Origin: a virus
Lineage: Duplodnaviria > Caudoviricetes
IMG/VR virus record: IMGVR_UViG_3300011868_000001
Location: 1 to 64,000 of that record
DNA: 64,000 nucleotides
Strand: one strand, 5' to 3'
In this document: positions 29,184-38,476 of the stretch, in pieces
Position numbering within the stretch: the stretch's first letter is position 1
Layout of the letters: each line of letters opens with the position of its first letter
Notes under the pieces: generated by a model
Seen by the model: only the letters and a program-made list of their open reading frames with translations
Database searches by the model: none
Told to the model about the DNA's origin: nothing
Position numbers and translations under genes: made by a program

Positions 29184-29663
29184 TTACCGGTACTGGTCAT
29201 ACTTGGACGCATGATTAGCTGTACGATGAGTATTAAGCAGACCCAGAAGATCATGCTTTTCCTGACGTTCCAGCAGGTTGATGGCAAACCGCGCCATCTT
29301 CAGCGAGGTGATTTCACCTGGCCGTTCGAACAGATACCAGTTTTGAAGTTCAGGGGCTTTGAAGGCACCTGGGAGTACATTCATGATGTAGCCATGGACC
29401 AGAGTGGCCTCATGAGCACTGATCTCACCAATGGACTCAGCGTCAACCAGAACGAGTTCTTTGACGCGGTTAGGACGATTTTGACTGTAGCTCTTTTCAA
29501 GGAGCTTTTCCATTGCACGCTCATCTTTCGGCGTCAGAGCACGAATGCCCATTTGCCGAATCAGCACCATGGATTGACCGCGTGGAATTTCCCCTTTCAC
29601 GAGAAACAGCTCACTTCCCGGTTGCCCCATGACCACTGGTATTACATACTTGCCCTTTGACAT
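29184..29663 (-). CDS. hypothetical protein
   Basis: ORF between candidate promoter and hairpin. Confidence 0.65.
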   Translation of the reverse strand: MSKGKYVIPVVMGQPGSELFLVKGEIPRGQSMVLIRQMGIRALTPKDERAMEKLLEKSYSQNRPNRVKELVLVDAESIGEISAHEATLVHGYIMNVLPGAFKAPELQNWYLFERPGEITSLKMARFAINLLERQEKHDLLGLLNTHRTANHASKYDQYR

Positions 29664-29863
29664 GGTGGTAATTCCCTGAGTGTCATATTGATCACTACTT
29701 ACCCACCGGACGTTTAGTTGTTTGTATTGGTTTGCTCGGCAGAATAATGTAGCGTCTTATTTTAGTCGAGTCGCATTGCTCGCTTCATAAAATGATGCAA
29801 AACAACGCCCTACAAATCTCAGGGAAACAAAAAAAATAAAGAGAGGGGCCGAAGCCCCTCGTC

Positions 29864-30382
29864 TTATTTATCAATGGCCTCGAACGTCTCGAACCGCAAG
29901 ACCTCATTGACCAACAGGTGCTCGCTGCGGGTGTACCGTCCCCAATAAGGTTCGGTCAGACCGGGTTGCTCGACCAATGCAGGACGGCCTTTGATGTCAT
30001 GTGGCTCGAGAATCACCGTACGGTAAACCGTATCGGCAATCTTGATACCGGCATCAATCAACCCTGCACCACCGATGATAAACACCTCATCGGTTGTCGG
30101 CATGGCAAACGCCAATGCCTGCTCCAGCGAGTTGACGAACTGCACACGATCCAGCGGCCCCAGGCGCGCCAACCCTTTACTGCCAGTGACCACGTAGTGA
30201 TACCGGCCCGGTAGCAGGTTAGGCAAGCTGTCAAAGGTATTGCTACCCATGATAATCGGTTTGCCTTTGGTCAGCTCTTTGAAGCGCTTAAGGTCCTCGG
30301 GATAATGCCATGGCAGTGGGTGCGGACCGAGTGCACCGATGGCGCCATCAACAGTCTGCGCGAAGATTACGGAGATTTTCAT
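29864..30382 (-). CDS. folA: dihydrofolate reductase
   Basis: AIG....LPW..PEDLKRFK.LT.GKPIIMG..TF.SLP..LPGR, FIIGGA. Confidence 0.93.
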   Translation of the reverse strand: MKISVIFAQTVDGAIGALGPHPLPWHYPEDLKRFKELTKGKPIIMGSNTFDSLPNLLPGRYHYVVTGSKGLARLGPLDRVQFVNSLEQALAFAMPTTDEVFIIGGAGLIDAGIKIADTVYRTVILEPHDIKGRPALVEQPGLTEPYWGRYTRSEHLLVNEVLRFETFEAIDK

Positions 30383-30975
30383 TCGACTGGCACTTCCTGA
30401 GGCTTGCCGGCATTGGGGTTGTTAGCCAGCCGTTGCAGGTTGCGCAGCATCAGCTGCTGTTGAGTCAGGCGATAGAAGTTCACCGAGAGTTCCAGGACGT
30501 CCAGAACGCCTTCATCTTCCAAGACCAAAATCAGCTCGATACCCTGACCTTTGCTGGAAGCGCTCCACTGACGCAGGAAGGCGGTCCGACGAGGGAACGG
30601 CTGCAGTGCTTCGAACAATGCCTTAGCCGTTTTCAGCGATTCGTCCAGATGGGTCTGTTCGTCGATCTTGGCGATCATCGGAATGGCGTGCAGTTCGAAG
30701 TCTGCCGGCAACTCAGTCCACGGAAACCGATCTGTTCTGACAGCGGCAATGTACTGCTCGATCGCCTCCGACTGAGGTCCCAGCTTCCCGAGGTCGAAAC
30801 GCAACGTGGTTTTGGAAACCAGGTTGTCCTGCCCATACCGAACCCGGAAGAATTCATTACCGAAACCAGCACGACCATGTGCACTGATATCGACAGCCAG
30901 GCCTTCTGCTTGCTCGGCTTTGATTGCATTGAATGCGCTCAGGTACGGCGACACACGATTGAGTTGTTCGGTCAT
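30379..30975 (-). CDS. hypothetical protein
   Basis: Coupled to folA by overlap; start moved to ATG 30975. Confidence 0.65.
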   Translation of the reverse strand: MTEQLNRVSPYLSAFNAIKAEQAEGLAVDISAHGRAGFGNEFFRVRYGQDNLVSKTTLRFDLGKLGPQSEAIEQYIAAVRTDRFPWTELPADFELHAIPMIAKIDEQTHLDESLKTAKALFEALQPFPRRTAFLRQWSASSKGQGIELILVLEDEGVLDVLELSVNFYRLTQQQLMLRNLQRLANNPNAGKPQEVPVE

Positions 30976-30976
30976 G

Positions 30977-31429
30977 TTAGTTCTTCTTGGGCAGGATGTT
31001 GTTGACGACCACGTGGTCGGAGTATTCACGCAGCCGGGTCAACAGATAGCTGTCAACCAGGAGGTCATCGTTGAGGATTAGCAGCATCATGGACTGCTTA
31101 TCTTCATCGACCAGTTCTTGGATGACGTGCATCTCCATCGTGTCATAATGACCGATGAGGGTGTCTTGCTGCACACAACGAATGAAACAATCACGCGAAG
31201 CGATGGTCCCTTCCGGCATGTCGTAAAGCAATTGCGCGATGCCTGGCGTGACAGCCAATGCATAGCGGTAGTGGTCCGAGCGAGCAGTGGCCAGCAGGAT
31301 CATGGAACGCACCGTATCGCGCAGCAGGGATTGGATACCCCAGCCCAAGGCCTGACTGAGGTCAGGCGCTTTGGCTACGGCTGCTTGGATCGATACAGGT
31401 TCAGGGAACTTGATCAATTCCGTGCTCAT
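30977..31429 (-). CDS. hypothetical protein
   Basis: Packed directly after ligase. Confidence 0.65.
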   Translation of the reverse strand: MSTELIKFPEPVSIQAAVAKAPDLSQALGWGIQSLLRDTVRSMILLATARSDHYRYALAVTPGIAQLLYDMPEGTIASRDCFIRCVQQDTLIGHYDTMEMHVIQELVDEDKQSMMLLILNDDLLVDSYLLTRLREYSDHVVVNNILPKKN

Positions 31430-31436
31430 GGATAGA

Positions 31437-33428
31437 CTACTCCTTGGTAATGCGTGTGATGGTGTTGGGATTGACGAGCATCAGCCCGTCTTCGAAGAAA
31501 CCAAGCTCTTTGGCCTGCTTGACCTTATCTGGACCTGCGCCCGTGCCTGCAAAGATGATGTCGACTTTCTTGCTGACCGACTTGACCAGTTTACCGCCGC
31601 GAGAAATCACCGACTCTTCCATGGCTTTGCGGTTGAGACCGTCGAAGTCAGAACCCGTGACGACTACCGTTTTACCGGCCAGGTCCTGAACCTCTGCTTT
31701 CTTGATGATCTCATCGGTGTAGGTCAGGATGGTATCCAGCGCGAGCAGATCGTTGCTGCCTTGAGTAAACGCTTCGATCACAGAGGCTGCTACGGTAGGT
31801 CCAACGTCATCGACTTCTTGCAGCATCTCAGACGTGGCGTCACACAGTGCCTCGAAGTTCGGGAAACGCACTGCCAGCGCTCTGGCGGTCGAATCACCTA
31901 CCTCCGGGATACCTACGGCGCGCAAGACTTTGTAGAACGGCAGTTTCTTACACCGCTGAATACTACCCATGATCTTATCGGTCATGGATTCGCCGATCCC
32001 AGCGTCATAGAAGTCTTGCTCGTCCAGGTAGAACAGCGAACTGAACGAACCCAGTGTCCCAGAAACGATCAGCGATTCTACAGCCGCAGGGCCCAGGTGC
32101 TTGACATCAATCCCATCACGGCTGACGAAATACACCATGCGGTTGATGATCTGTGCAGGACACAGTTGCGTATTGGTGCAATACAGCTCGACCCCACTGG
32201 CTTCTGATTTCTTCACCTCCCCGCCACAGGCCGGACATTCGGTCGGGGTATGAATCAGACCGTGTTCATCTGTGCGCAGGTTGGTGACCACACTCTCAAT
32301 CTTAGGGATAACATCCCCTCGACGAGAAACGACTACCGTATCCAGCAGACGCAGGTCAAGGCGCTTGATCTCCTCGAAGTTGTGCAGGGTCACGCTACTG
32401 ACCGTCACACCACAGAGTTTGACCGGCTTGATCTTTGCCACTGGCGTCAGGACACCGGTACGGCCGACCTGAATGTCCACGCGCTCAAGTACACTGGTGG
32501 CTGTCTGTGCTTCGAACTTGTACGCCACTGCCCAACGAGGAGACGTGGAACGAAAGCCGAGCTTCAAGCGGACCTTAGGATCGGTGATCTTAAGGACAAG
32601 GCCATCGATGTCAAAGCCGATGCTGTCACGACTGGCAGCCACTGCCGAGATTCGATCCATGATCTTATCCAGGCTGCCGGTCAAGCCACGCCAGACATGA
32701 TTGGCGGTCTCGAACGGCCAGGCCAGATCATCCATCACCTGACGGAAGGTCTTGTCCAGCCAGTCATTGTCCTCGTGAACGATGGCTTCGTACGCAATGA
32801 ACTTAAGTCCCAGACCTTGGATGGTTTCTCCATCTTTACGGCGCATGATCCCAGCCACCATGTTGCGGGGGTTGGCATAGGTCGGTTTGCCAGCTGCTGC
32901 GCGGCGTTCGTTGGCTTTATGGAAGTGACTGTGTGGAACGATCACTTCACCCCGGATTTCCAGATGGCCCTTGATGGGCTTGCCGATCAACTCCTGCGGC
33001 ACGCCTTCAAAGAACACCGCATTGTCCGTGATGTCATCGCCTTCGATGCCATTGCCTCGGGTGACTGCATGGATCAGCTTGTTGTTGCGGTAGATGAGAT
33101 TAAGGCTTGCCCCGTCGAACTTGTATTGCAGCTCGGCCAGCGCAGGTACCCCAAGACCCATGGTCCAGTCGGTCAACTCCTCTTCGTTATAGGCGTTTTC
33201 CAAGCTGAGCATAGGCGACAGATGACGAACCTTCTCGAAGCCGCCATCCGAAGCTGCACCCACCACATTGAGCGGCGAATGAGGATCGTCGGTCTCACCT
33301 TCCAGCTCACGCAGTTCTCGCTTGAGCGAGTCATAGACCTCATCGGAGGCATCTGACTCACCGCGGTTGTAATACAGATCATTCAGACGCAGAATCTCAG
33401 CACGTAGCGCCTCGATACGATTGTCCAT
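31437..33428 (-). CDS. ligA: NAD-dependent DNA ligase
   Basis: HLSPMLSL, KFDG, TRGNG.EG.DIT, PRWAVAYKF, C4 zinc finger, HhH repeats, BRCT (KTVVVTG...SVSKK). Confidence 0.96.
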   Translation of the reverse strand: MDNRIEALRAEILRLNDLYYNRGESDASDEVYDSLKRELRELEGETDDPHSPLNVVGAASDGGFEKVRHLSPMLSLENAYNEEELTDWTMGLGVPALAELQYKFDGASLNLIYRNNKLIHAVTRGNGIEGDDITDNAVFFEGVPQELIGKPIKGHLEIRGEVIVPHSHFHKANERRAAAGKPTYANPRNMVAGIMRRKDGETIQGLGLKFIAYEAIVHEDNDWLDKTFRQVMDDLAWPFETANHVWRGLTGSLDKIMDRISAVAASRDSIGFDIDGLVLKITDPKVRLKLGFRSTSPRWAVAYKFEAQTATSVLERVDIQVGRTGVLTPVAKIKPVKLCGVTVSSVTLHNFEEIKRLDLRLLDTVVVSRRGDVIPKIESVVTNLRTDEHGLIHTPTECPACGGEVKKSEASGVELYCTNTQLCPAQIINRMVYFVSRDGIDVKHLGPAAVESLIVSGTLGSFSSLFYLDEQDFYDAGIGESMTDKIMGSIQRCKKLPFYKVLRAVGIPEVGDSTARALAVRFPNFEALCDATSEMLQEVDDVGPTVAASVIEAFTQGSNDLLALDTILTYTDEIIKKAEVQDLAGKTVVVTGSDFDGLNRKAMEESVISRGGKLVKSVSKKVDIIFAGTGAGPDKVKQAKELGFFEDGLMLVNPNTITRITKE

Positions 33429-33432
33429 TAGG

Positions 33433-33915
33433 TTACTCCTGGTAACTGGGACGCTCTTGGGAATGTCCGATTGGCAATGCCGGATTAGGCACTACCACGG
33501 CTTTGGAGATCCCAATGAGCTTACGCCCTTGTGTCGGGTCGTTAGGGTCGCGGTCGACGGTGTTGACCATCAACTGCATCATCATCAATGCACTGGTATC
33601 GACCAGGTCACCGGCATGGTAGTGAACTGTGGCATCTAATACCCACCTTTCTTCTACTTTTACCAGTGCCTTGGCATGCAGCTCACCCAGAACGAACGGT
33701 TTACGACGATCGAACAGATCAATGAGGTTGGGATACTGGCTGGTATCGCGCTTTGGCCACTGGCCGTAGACTGGAATTACCGCCGTGGTGATGGTCTGTT
33801 CGATTTCTTCTTTACTCAACCCTTCGCTATGGGCGACCGGGAGTAAAACCTGACTGCCGTGAGTCAGGTATGCTTCGAAATACTCTTTATCTTCCAGCGA
33901 CATCATCTCGTTCAT
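33433..33915 (-). CDS. hypothetical protein
   Basis: Packed in operon upstream of ligase. Confidence 0.65.
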   Translation of the reverse strand: MNEMMSLEDKEYFEAYLTHGSQVLLPVAHSEGLSKEEIEQTITTAVIPVYGQWPKRDTSQYPNLIDLFDRRKPFVLGELHAKALVKVEERWVLDATVHYHAGDLVDTSALMMMQLMVNTVDRDPNDPTQGRKLIGISKAVVVPNPALPIGHSQERPSYQE

Positions 33916-33924
33916 GACCGGCCC

Positions 33925-34404
33925 TTATTTCACCGCTACCAGCTTCGGACGTTTCTTGAGTTTATCGGCAGCTGCCTCGACTTCCTGACGCTCCTGTTCA
34001 GCCGCAAACAGCTGATCGTGCGTCATGGGGCGCAATGCCATGCCACCGCCTGTGATACCGGTGATCGGAATCGTAGCGAAGTCGTAGAGAAACTCCTGGC
34101 CGGGTTCGCCCATGCCGATCACATCCCCGTAGCAGATGTCCAGACGGTGCTTCTCGCCTTTGAACGCGGCCATGAAGCTGAACCCGTGCTCATGGTGCTC
34201 CAGGTCACGCGCGGCATCATAGCCGATGTTGAGGATAACAAATGCCATCCCATCGATGGTGGTGATGACATTCTTGAGGACAGGGTGCTTCTCGATGAAA
34301 TGGTCGGTGACGCGCACGAAGATGTGTACCTTGTCGGAACGACTCGCTACATAGGTGCGGCAGGCATCGAAATACAGGCGGACCAGATTATTAAGATCGG
34401 TCAT
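33925..34404 (-). CDS. sspB: SspB-like ClpXP adaptor
   Basis: VILNIG..A.RDL......F.A.FKG.....I....V core and C-terminal RPKLVAVK resembling the SspB ClpX-binding tail RPALRVVK. Confidence 0.7.
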   Translation of the reverse strand: MTDLNNLVRLYFDACRTYVASRSDKVHIFVRVTDHFIEKHPVLKNVITTIDGMAFVILNIGYDAARDLEHHEHGFSFMAAFKGEKHRLDICYGDVIGMGEPGQEFLYDFATIPITGITGGGMALRPMTHDQLFAAEQERQEVEAAADKLKKRPKLVAVK

Positions 34405-34420
34405 GATGATGAATTCCCCG

Positions 34421-34753
34421 TTAAGGATTAAGGCAAAGGTAATCGGTGCTGGCAGTGGCTTTAAGCTCCTTGAGAAGCCCGCTACGCGCTTTCTTGGCCT
34501 TCATGGGGTACTCGTATACCCGAATGGCCGAATCGCGTGCATAGAGCTCGTTGAGCAGTTTGTGCGGGTGTTTCCCTAAAGCCAGTTGTGAAAGTTGTTT
34601 GTCAACCTCTTTGCTGACATGGACGCTCTCCCCTAGATAGAAACGTCCAGTGGCATCATGCTCTAACACAAAACAGCCGTCTTGCACTTCTTCTGTGCGC
34701 TTACTACGTCCACTGGGTGAGTGGAGCCATTTGATGACGGTTGGTGTGTCCAT
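34421..34753 (-). CDS. small GIY-YIG-like nuclease domain protein
   Basis: GCFVLEHDATGRFYLGES....V..Q...L..GKH....L; degenerate motif. Confidence 0.6.
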   Translation of the reverse strand: MDTPTVIKWLHSPSGRSKRTEEVQDGCFVLEHDATGRFYLGESVHVSKEVDKQLSQLALGKHPHKLLNELYARDSAIRVYEYPMKAKKARSGLLKELKATASTDYLCLNP

Positions 34754-34761
34754 GGTGATAT

Positions 34762-35208
34762 TCAGCTCTTGTCAGGTGGGGCGATCTCAGCGAGGATATG
34801 CCCCAGGCGTAGAAGCCGGGAGCCCTTGCTGATATCAGCCGGATCAATGAATGAGTGGATCGGTACCAACTCCATACACAGGATGCGACTTTCATCGAAC
34901 TGATGGGTGGGTTGGTAACACACCATACCGATGACAGACCAGGGTATGGGTAGATTGGGGAAGTGACTGATGACTTCCGGCTTGAATGTACCGATCAACG
35001 TGGGCTGGCGATAACGATTGATGCTGGCAACCTTTTCATTGCTGCCGTCGTCATAGTCTGGCCAGACCATAAAAATATCGATGCTGTCATGGACAGCAAA
35101 ATGAACGTCACCGGGGGTGGTTTGCCGACTGACGCCCAAGGGAAAGTCTACACGGGTGCGATGCTGGAATGTCGTCTCCTTGTCGCGATATACCGCTAGG
35201 GTTTTCAT
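34762..35208 (-). CDS. hypothetical protein
   Basis: Start moved to ATG 35208 (AAGGA SD). Confidence 0.6.
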   Translation of the reverse strand: MKTLAVYRDKETTFQHRTRVDFPLGVSRQTTPGDVHFAVHDSIDIFMVWPDYDDGSNEKVASINRYRQPTLIGTFKPEVISHFPNLPIPWSVIGMVCYQPTHQFDESRILCMELVPIHSFIDPADISKGSRLLRLGHILAEIAPPDKS

Positions 35209-35260
35209 GATGGTTCCTTCTGGGTGTGCTGCCGAGAATCCCCGGCAGCATAAGGTGACT

Positions 35261-35842
35261 TTACTGGCAGAACTGCTCGTAGTCGATGACCGCTGCCTTC
35301 TTATCCATGGTGACGACATAGGTGTGAGCCGGCTTAAGCAATTGGATGCCTTTCTCGCCCATACCCACAGGGATAGCCCACCACTTCTCGTTGTCGAGCC
35401 CAACAATCGTCAGCGCGTTGCCATTGATGTCGATCTGCGTAGTCTCGATAACGTTGTCGCTTTGACGGAAGTCATGGCCGAACATGGACTTCTGCATGTA
35501 GGAGTATTCCCGGCGACCGGTAATCCTGAACTTCTGACTCTCGTCGACGAATTCACAGTTCTTGTACGTGATAATGCGCAGCCCTGGCTTGTGGTACTCC
35601 AGGTACACGTAATAGACAGCCGCTGCGATAACGGCAAGTAGTAGCAGGGTCAGTGTGACGTAGGTCCGTACGATGACACGCCTGACCTTAATGCCACGGG
35701 CTTGAACCTTCTCGCGGGCTTTAGTGCCAGCGTCGGCACGAATCTGATCTAACATCGTGTCAACCGTGTTGTCAACGTCGCTGACACGGATGTCGGATTT
35801 AGTAACGGTAACGTCATTGCCCATCAGATCATGGTGAGACAT
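35261..35842 (-). CDS. membrane-anchored hypothetical protein
   Basis: Single TM helix; first gene after candidate early promoter at 35891-35901. Confidence 0.7.
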   Translation of the reverse strand: MSHHDLMGNDVTVTKSDIRVSDVDNTVDTMLDQIRADAGTKAREKVQARGIKVRRVIVRTYVTLTLLLLAVIAAAVYYVYLEYHKPGLRIITYKNCEFVDESQKFRITGRREYSYMQKSMFGHDFRQSDNVIETTQIDINGNALTIVGLDNEKWWAIPVGMGEKGIQLLKPAHTYVVTMDKKAAVIDYEQFCQ

Positions 35843-35948
35843 ATTGCAGTTCCCCTTTTGGTTATAGTTGGCATTAGTTTAATCACGCTTATAATGTATT
35901 GCTCCAGAATTTTTAATTACGGAACAAGAAAAAAAAAGAAGGCGGCGG

Positions 35949-35978
35949 CATAGAGCCGGGGTAATCCCCGGCTCTATG
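35949..35978 (-). terminator. stem-loop with U-run on minus strand
   Basis: catagagccgggg-taat-ccccggctctatg. Confidence 0.85.
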
Positions 35979-35983
35979 TTCAA

Positions 35984-36397
35984 TCATCGCCGATAACCAA
36001 GGTCAGCATATGGATCATCGCGTTCTTCATCGGACGGTACAACCAAGACAGGCTTGGGCATGGTCACTTGAGCCGGAGCTTTAGTGACTTCTGCAATTGC
36101 CTTGTCAAGATCACGTTCCGCCATGAGCTTACCCATCCAGTCGACATTAAAGCCAACGAAGTTACGCTTACCAGCGACACTGGTAATTCCGCGTCTAACA
36201 CTTAGCATTTGAACCAGACGGTCCATCTTTGCTTGTGTGGCAAGTACAGCAAAGAAGACGGGGTCAGGGTCGTTCAACGCCTCACCACTCATCTGACTCA
36301 ACGGATACGCGTGAGATACGCCGAGTTTGACCAGTATTGCGTCTACCTCAGTTTCAGAATCCGCCAACACAACACTCACCCCAGTATTATTGCGCAT
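35984..36397 (-). CDS. hypothetical protein
   Basis: ATG with GAGGA SD. Confidence 0.65.
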   Translation of the reverse strand: MRNNTGVSVVLADSETEVDAILVKLGVSHAYPLSQMSGEALNDPDPVFFAVLATQAKMDRLVQMLSVRRGITSVAGKRNFVGFNVDWMGKLMAERDLDKAIAEVTKAPAQVTMPKPVLVVPSDEERDDPYADLGYRR

Positions 36398-36797
36398 GGT
36401 AACTGATCCTCGTTGTTTGTAGTTAGATGCCGACTACCTTGATCATCACGGTGACGACACTACGTTTTTGAAACCCTTCCGACGTGAAATGACCACCCGA
36501 CCCACCAGTTACAATCGGCTGGGAAAGTTTCGAACGGCGGTAAGCAATGGTGCAATATCAACGTTCATAGATTTACCTAAGGTAAATGAGTAGGCGGCCG
36601 GCATAAATGCTCTGCATGGTTTGTGCCATGCAGAGCACCGTACAGGCGCCGTGGTCGCAGGTGTCGACTTCCCGTCGAGGCCATTTTGCAGACCGGGTAT
36701 CGCTGAGCTGGATCACCCCCTCACTAGACAGAATCACTGCCTGTACATACAATAGGTATTTCTCCCCTACACAATGTAGGGTTGAAAGATTGTTCAT

Positions 36798-37376
36798 TCA
36801 AACTGGGAAGACCACACGATTAGACGTCGAGAGTTTACACTGAAGCATCCCACGTTTGATTCCAGCACCGACACCACATTTCGTGGTCTCGACTTCAAAC
36901 GAGGTGTAATAAGCCGACGGCAATAAGAACGAGATAACAATGTTACCATTGGCATCAGCATACTGATCGGTTGTTATCGTGCCCATTGCTTCCCGATTGA
37001 GGAATGATTCGGCCGGGCTGTAGCTATATCCAACGTACGTACAGTCAATCACTTTAGCAGAGCCGTAAGAATACCCTCGGATGCGAACATGGTGCATCCA
37101 GGTATTGCGCTGGATGTTCCCTGGCAATTTAATGTGGACATAGACATTGTTTTGTGTACTGATGCCGGAGACATCCACAGGGTCGCCACTGACCTGTTTC
37201 GTGGTTGCATCGATGTTGTAGATCATCAGGCGGTAGACATTGCGAAACACAGTCCCGACTGCCGTTTCAGGCCCAATGATAAACTTCTGGTTCTCATAGT
37301 GCATCAGGGTGTTGCGCACAATGAAGAGGTAGTTGCTCAGTTTGTCTTTAAGGGTGGCCCAAATAGTGCTATTCAT
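36798..37376 (-). CDS. putative virion/tail protein, paralog of 37384-37929
   Basis: NVYVHIKLP...GYSYG..K...YADANG...SAY shared with neighbour. Confidence 0.6.
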   Translation of the reverse strand: MNSTIWATLKDKLSNYLFIVRNTLMHYENQKFIIGPETAVGTVFRNVYRLMIYNIDATTKQVSGDPVDVSGISTQNNVYVHIKLPGNIQRNTWMHHVRIRGYSYGSAKVIDCTYVGYSYSPAESFLNREAMGTITTDQYADANGNIVISFLLPSAYYTSFEVETTKCGVGAGIKRGMLQCKLSTSNRVVFPV

Positions 37377-37383
37377 GACTGAC

Positions 37384-37929
37384 TCAGAAGGTAAGGGTGG
37401 TGGACAGACTGGCTTTAGCGACGATGTTGCTAAGAGCAGCACGATGCGCATCGTTCTCGGCAAAGCCTGAGACCGTCAGACTAAGTACATAGGCACTGCT
37501 GAAGAACAGTCGACAGACTACATACCCGTTGGCGTCGACATACACAGCAGGGCTATGCGCTGTGGTTCCTTGGACGTGACTGTTAACGACACCGGCCAAT
37601 CGCCCTACAAAAAACTGCCCACGTACAATCTTACCGCCGCCGTATTGATAACCGTCAATGTCCAAACGACAACAGAAGTCCTCAGTAGGGGCAAAGGGCA
37701 ACTTGAAATGGATGTAAATGTTCTCAGTCTGACCCAGATCATCGGGTGGGAGACCTGTGGTACTCGGCGGACCATGGATACCGCCTAGCGACCAGACTGA
37801 TACTACCATGACTCGAGCTCGCCACCAGCTACCGGTTTCGGCATGAGTAACCAGGCTGGTATACCCTGCTTCAAGCAAGCTTGTAATCTTCGCGGCGTAC
37901 CGGTTATACGCGTCAACAACAGCGCCCAT
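37384..37929 (-). CDS. putative virion/tail protein, paralog of 36798-37376
   Basis: NIYIHFKLP...GYQYG..K...YVDANG...SAY. Confidence 0.6.
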   Translation of the reverse strand: MGAVVDAYNRYAAKITSLLEAGYTSLVTHAETGSWWRARVMVVSVWSLGGIHGPPSTTGLPPDDLGQTENIYIHFKLPFAPTEDFCCRLDIDGYQYGGGKIVRGQFFVGRLAGVVNSHVQGTTAHSPAVYVDANGYVVCRLFFSSAYVLSLTVSGFAENDAHRAALSNIVAKASLSTTLTF

Positions 37930-37978
37930 GAGACAATCTCCATTATGAAAAGGTAAGGATACATACCATTTCACACGA

Positions 37979-38010
37979 CATACGGAGAGGGCTTAAGCCC
38001 TCTCCGTATG
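37979..38010. terminator. CATA/TATG-closed stem-loop
   Basis: catacggagagggc-ttaa-gccctctccgtatg. Confidence 0.8.
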
Positions 38011-38018
38011 TTTATCAC

Positions 38019-38465
38019 TTACCGACCGCACCAGGAGACCTTAGTCCCACCGGTGTAATGGTCAGCCAGCCCGCTTTCAATTAGCCGGGTGGCCACATCG
38101 GTACCATCTACCGATACGCGCGCCAACAACCTGAAGTACTTGTCCCGACCTAGGTCAGACAGGACAATGACGCGTCCTTTACTGACCAGATCATCCACTA
38201 ATTGCCGGGCCTGCTGAGCTTTTAACTTCTCAGCAGTTTTCAAGGCAGCTGTGGAACAGGTGCTGATTAGCTCTGGGGTGTTGACATCTCTGATCCGTAC
38301 CCCGAGTGCTGCACCAAAGACGGGCAACTGACCCGGTAGATTGACGGTGATGGTGTCACCATCATAAACCCTGACCACATTCATGGACGTGAGTTCGATG
38401 GTCTCGGCATTTGTATTTGGGATATAAATGCAAAGACCCAAGATGATCAGTAAGATACGGATCAT
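38019..38465 (-). CDS. thermonuclease (SNase-like) with signal peptide
   Basis: VVRVYDGDTI, RI..V.TPE, DKYFR.LA, L...GLA; hydrophobic N-terminus. Confidence 0.88.
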   Translation of the reverse strand: MIRILLIILGLCIYIPNTNAETIELTSMNVVRVYDGDTITVNLPGQLPVFGAALGVRIRDVNTPELISTCSTAALKTAEKLKAQQARQLVDDLVSKGRVIVLSDLGRDKYFRLLARVSVDGTDVATRLIESGLADHYTGGTKVSWCGR

Positions 38466-38476
38466 GGCGCATGTCC

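Noticed and set aside
36400-36797. Possible structured leader or small ORF between 36397 and 36798
   Set aside because: Only weak hairpins and an unconvincing ORF; insufficient support.
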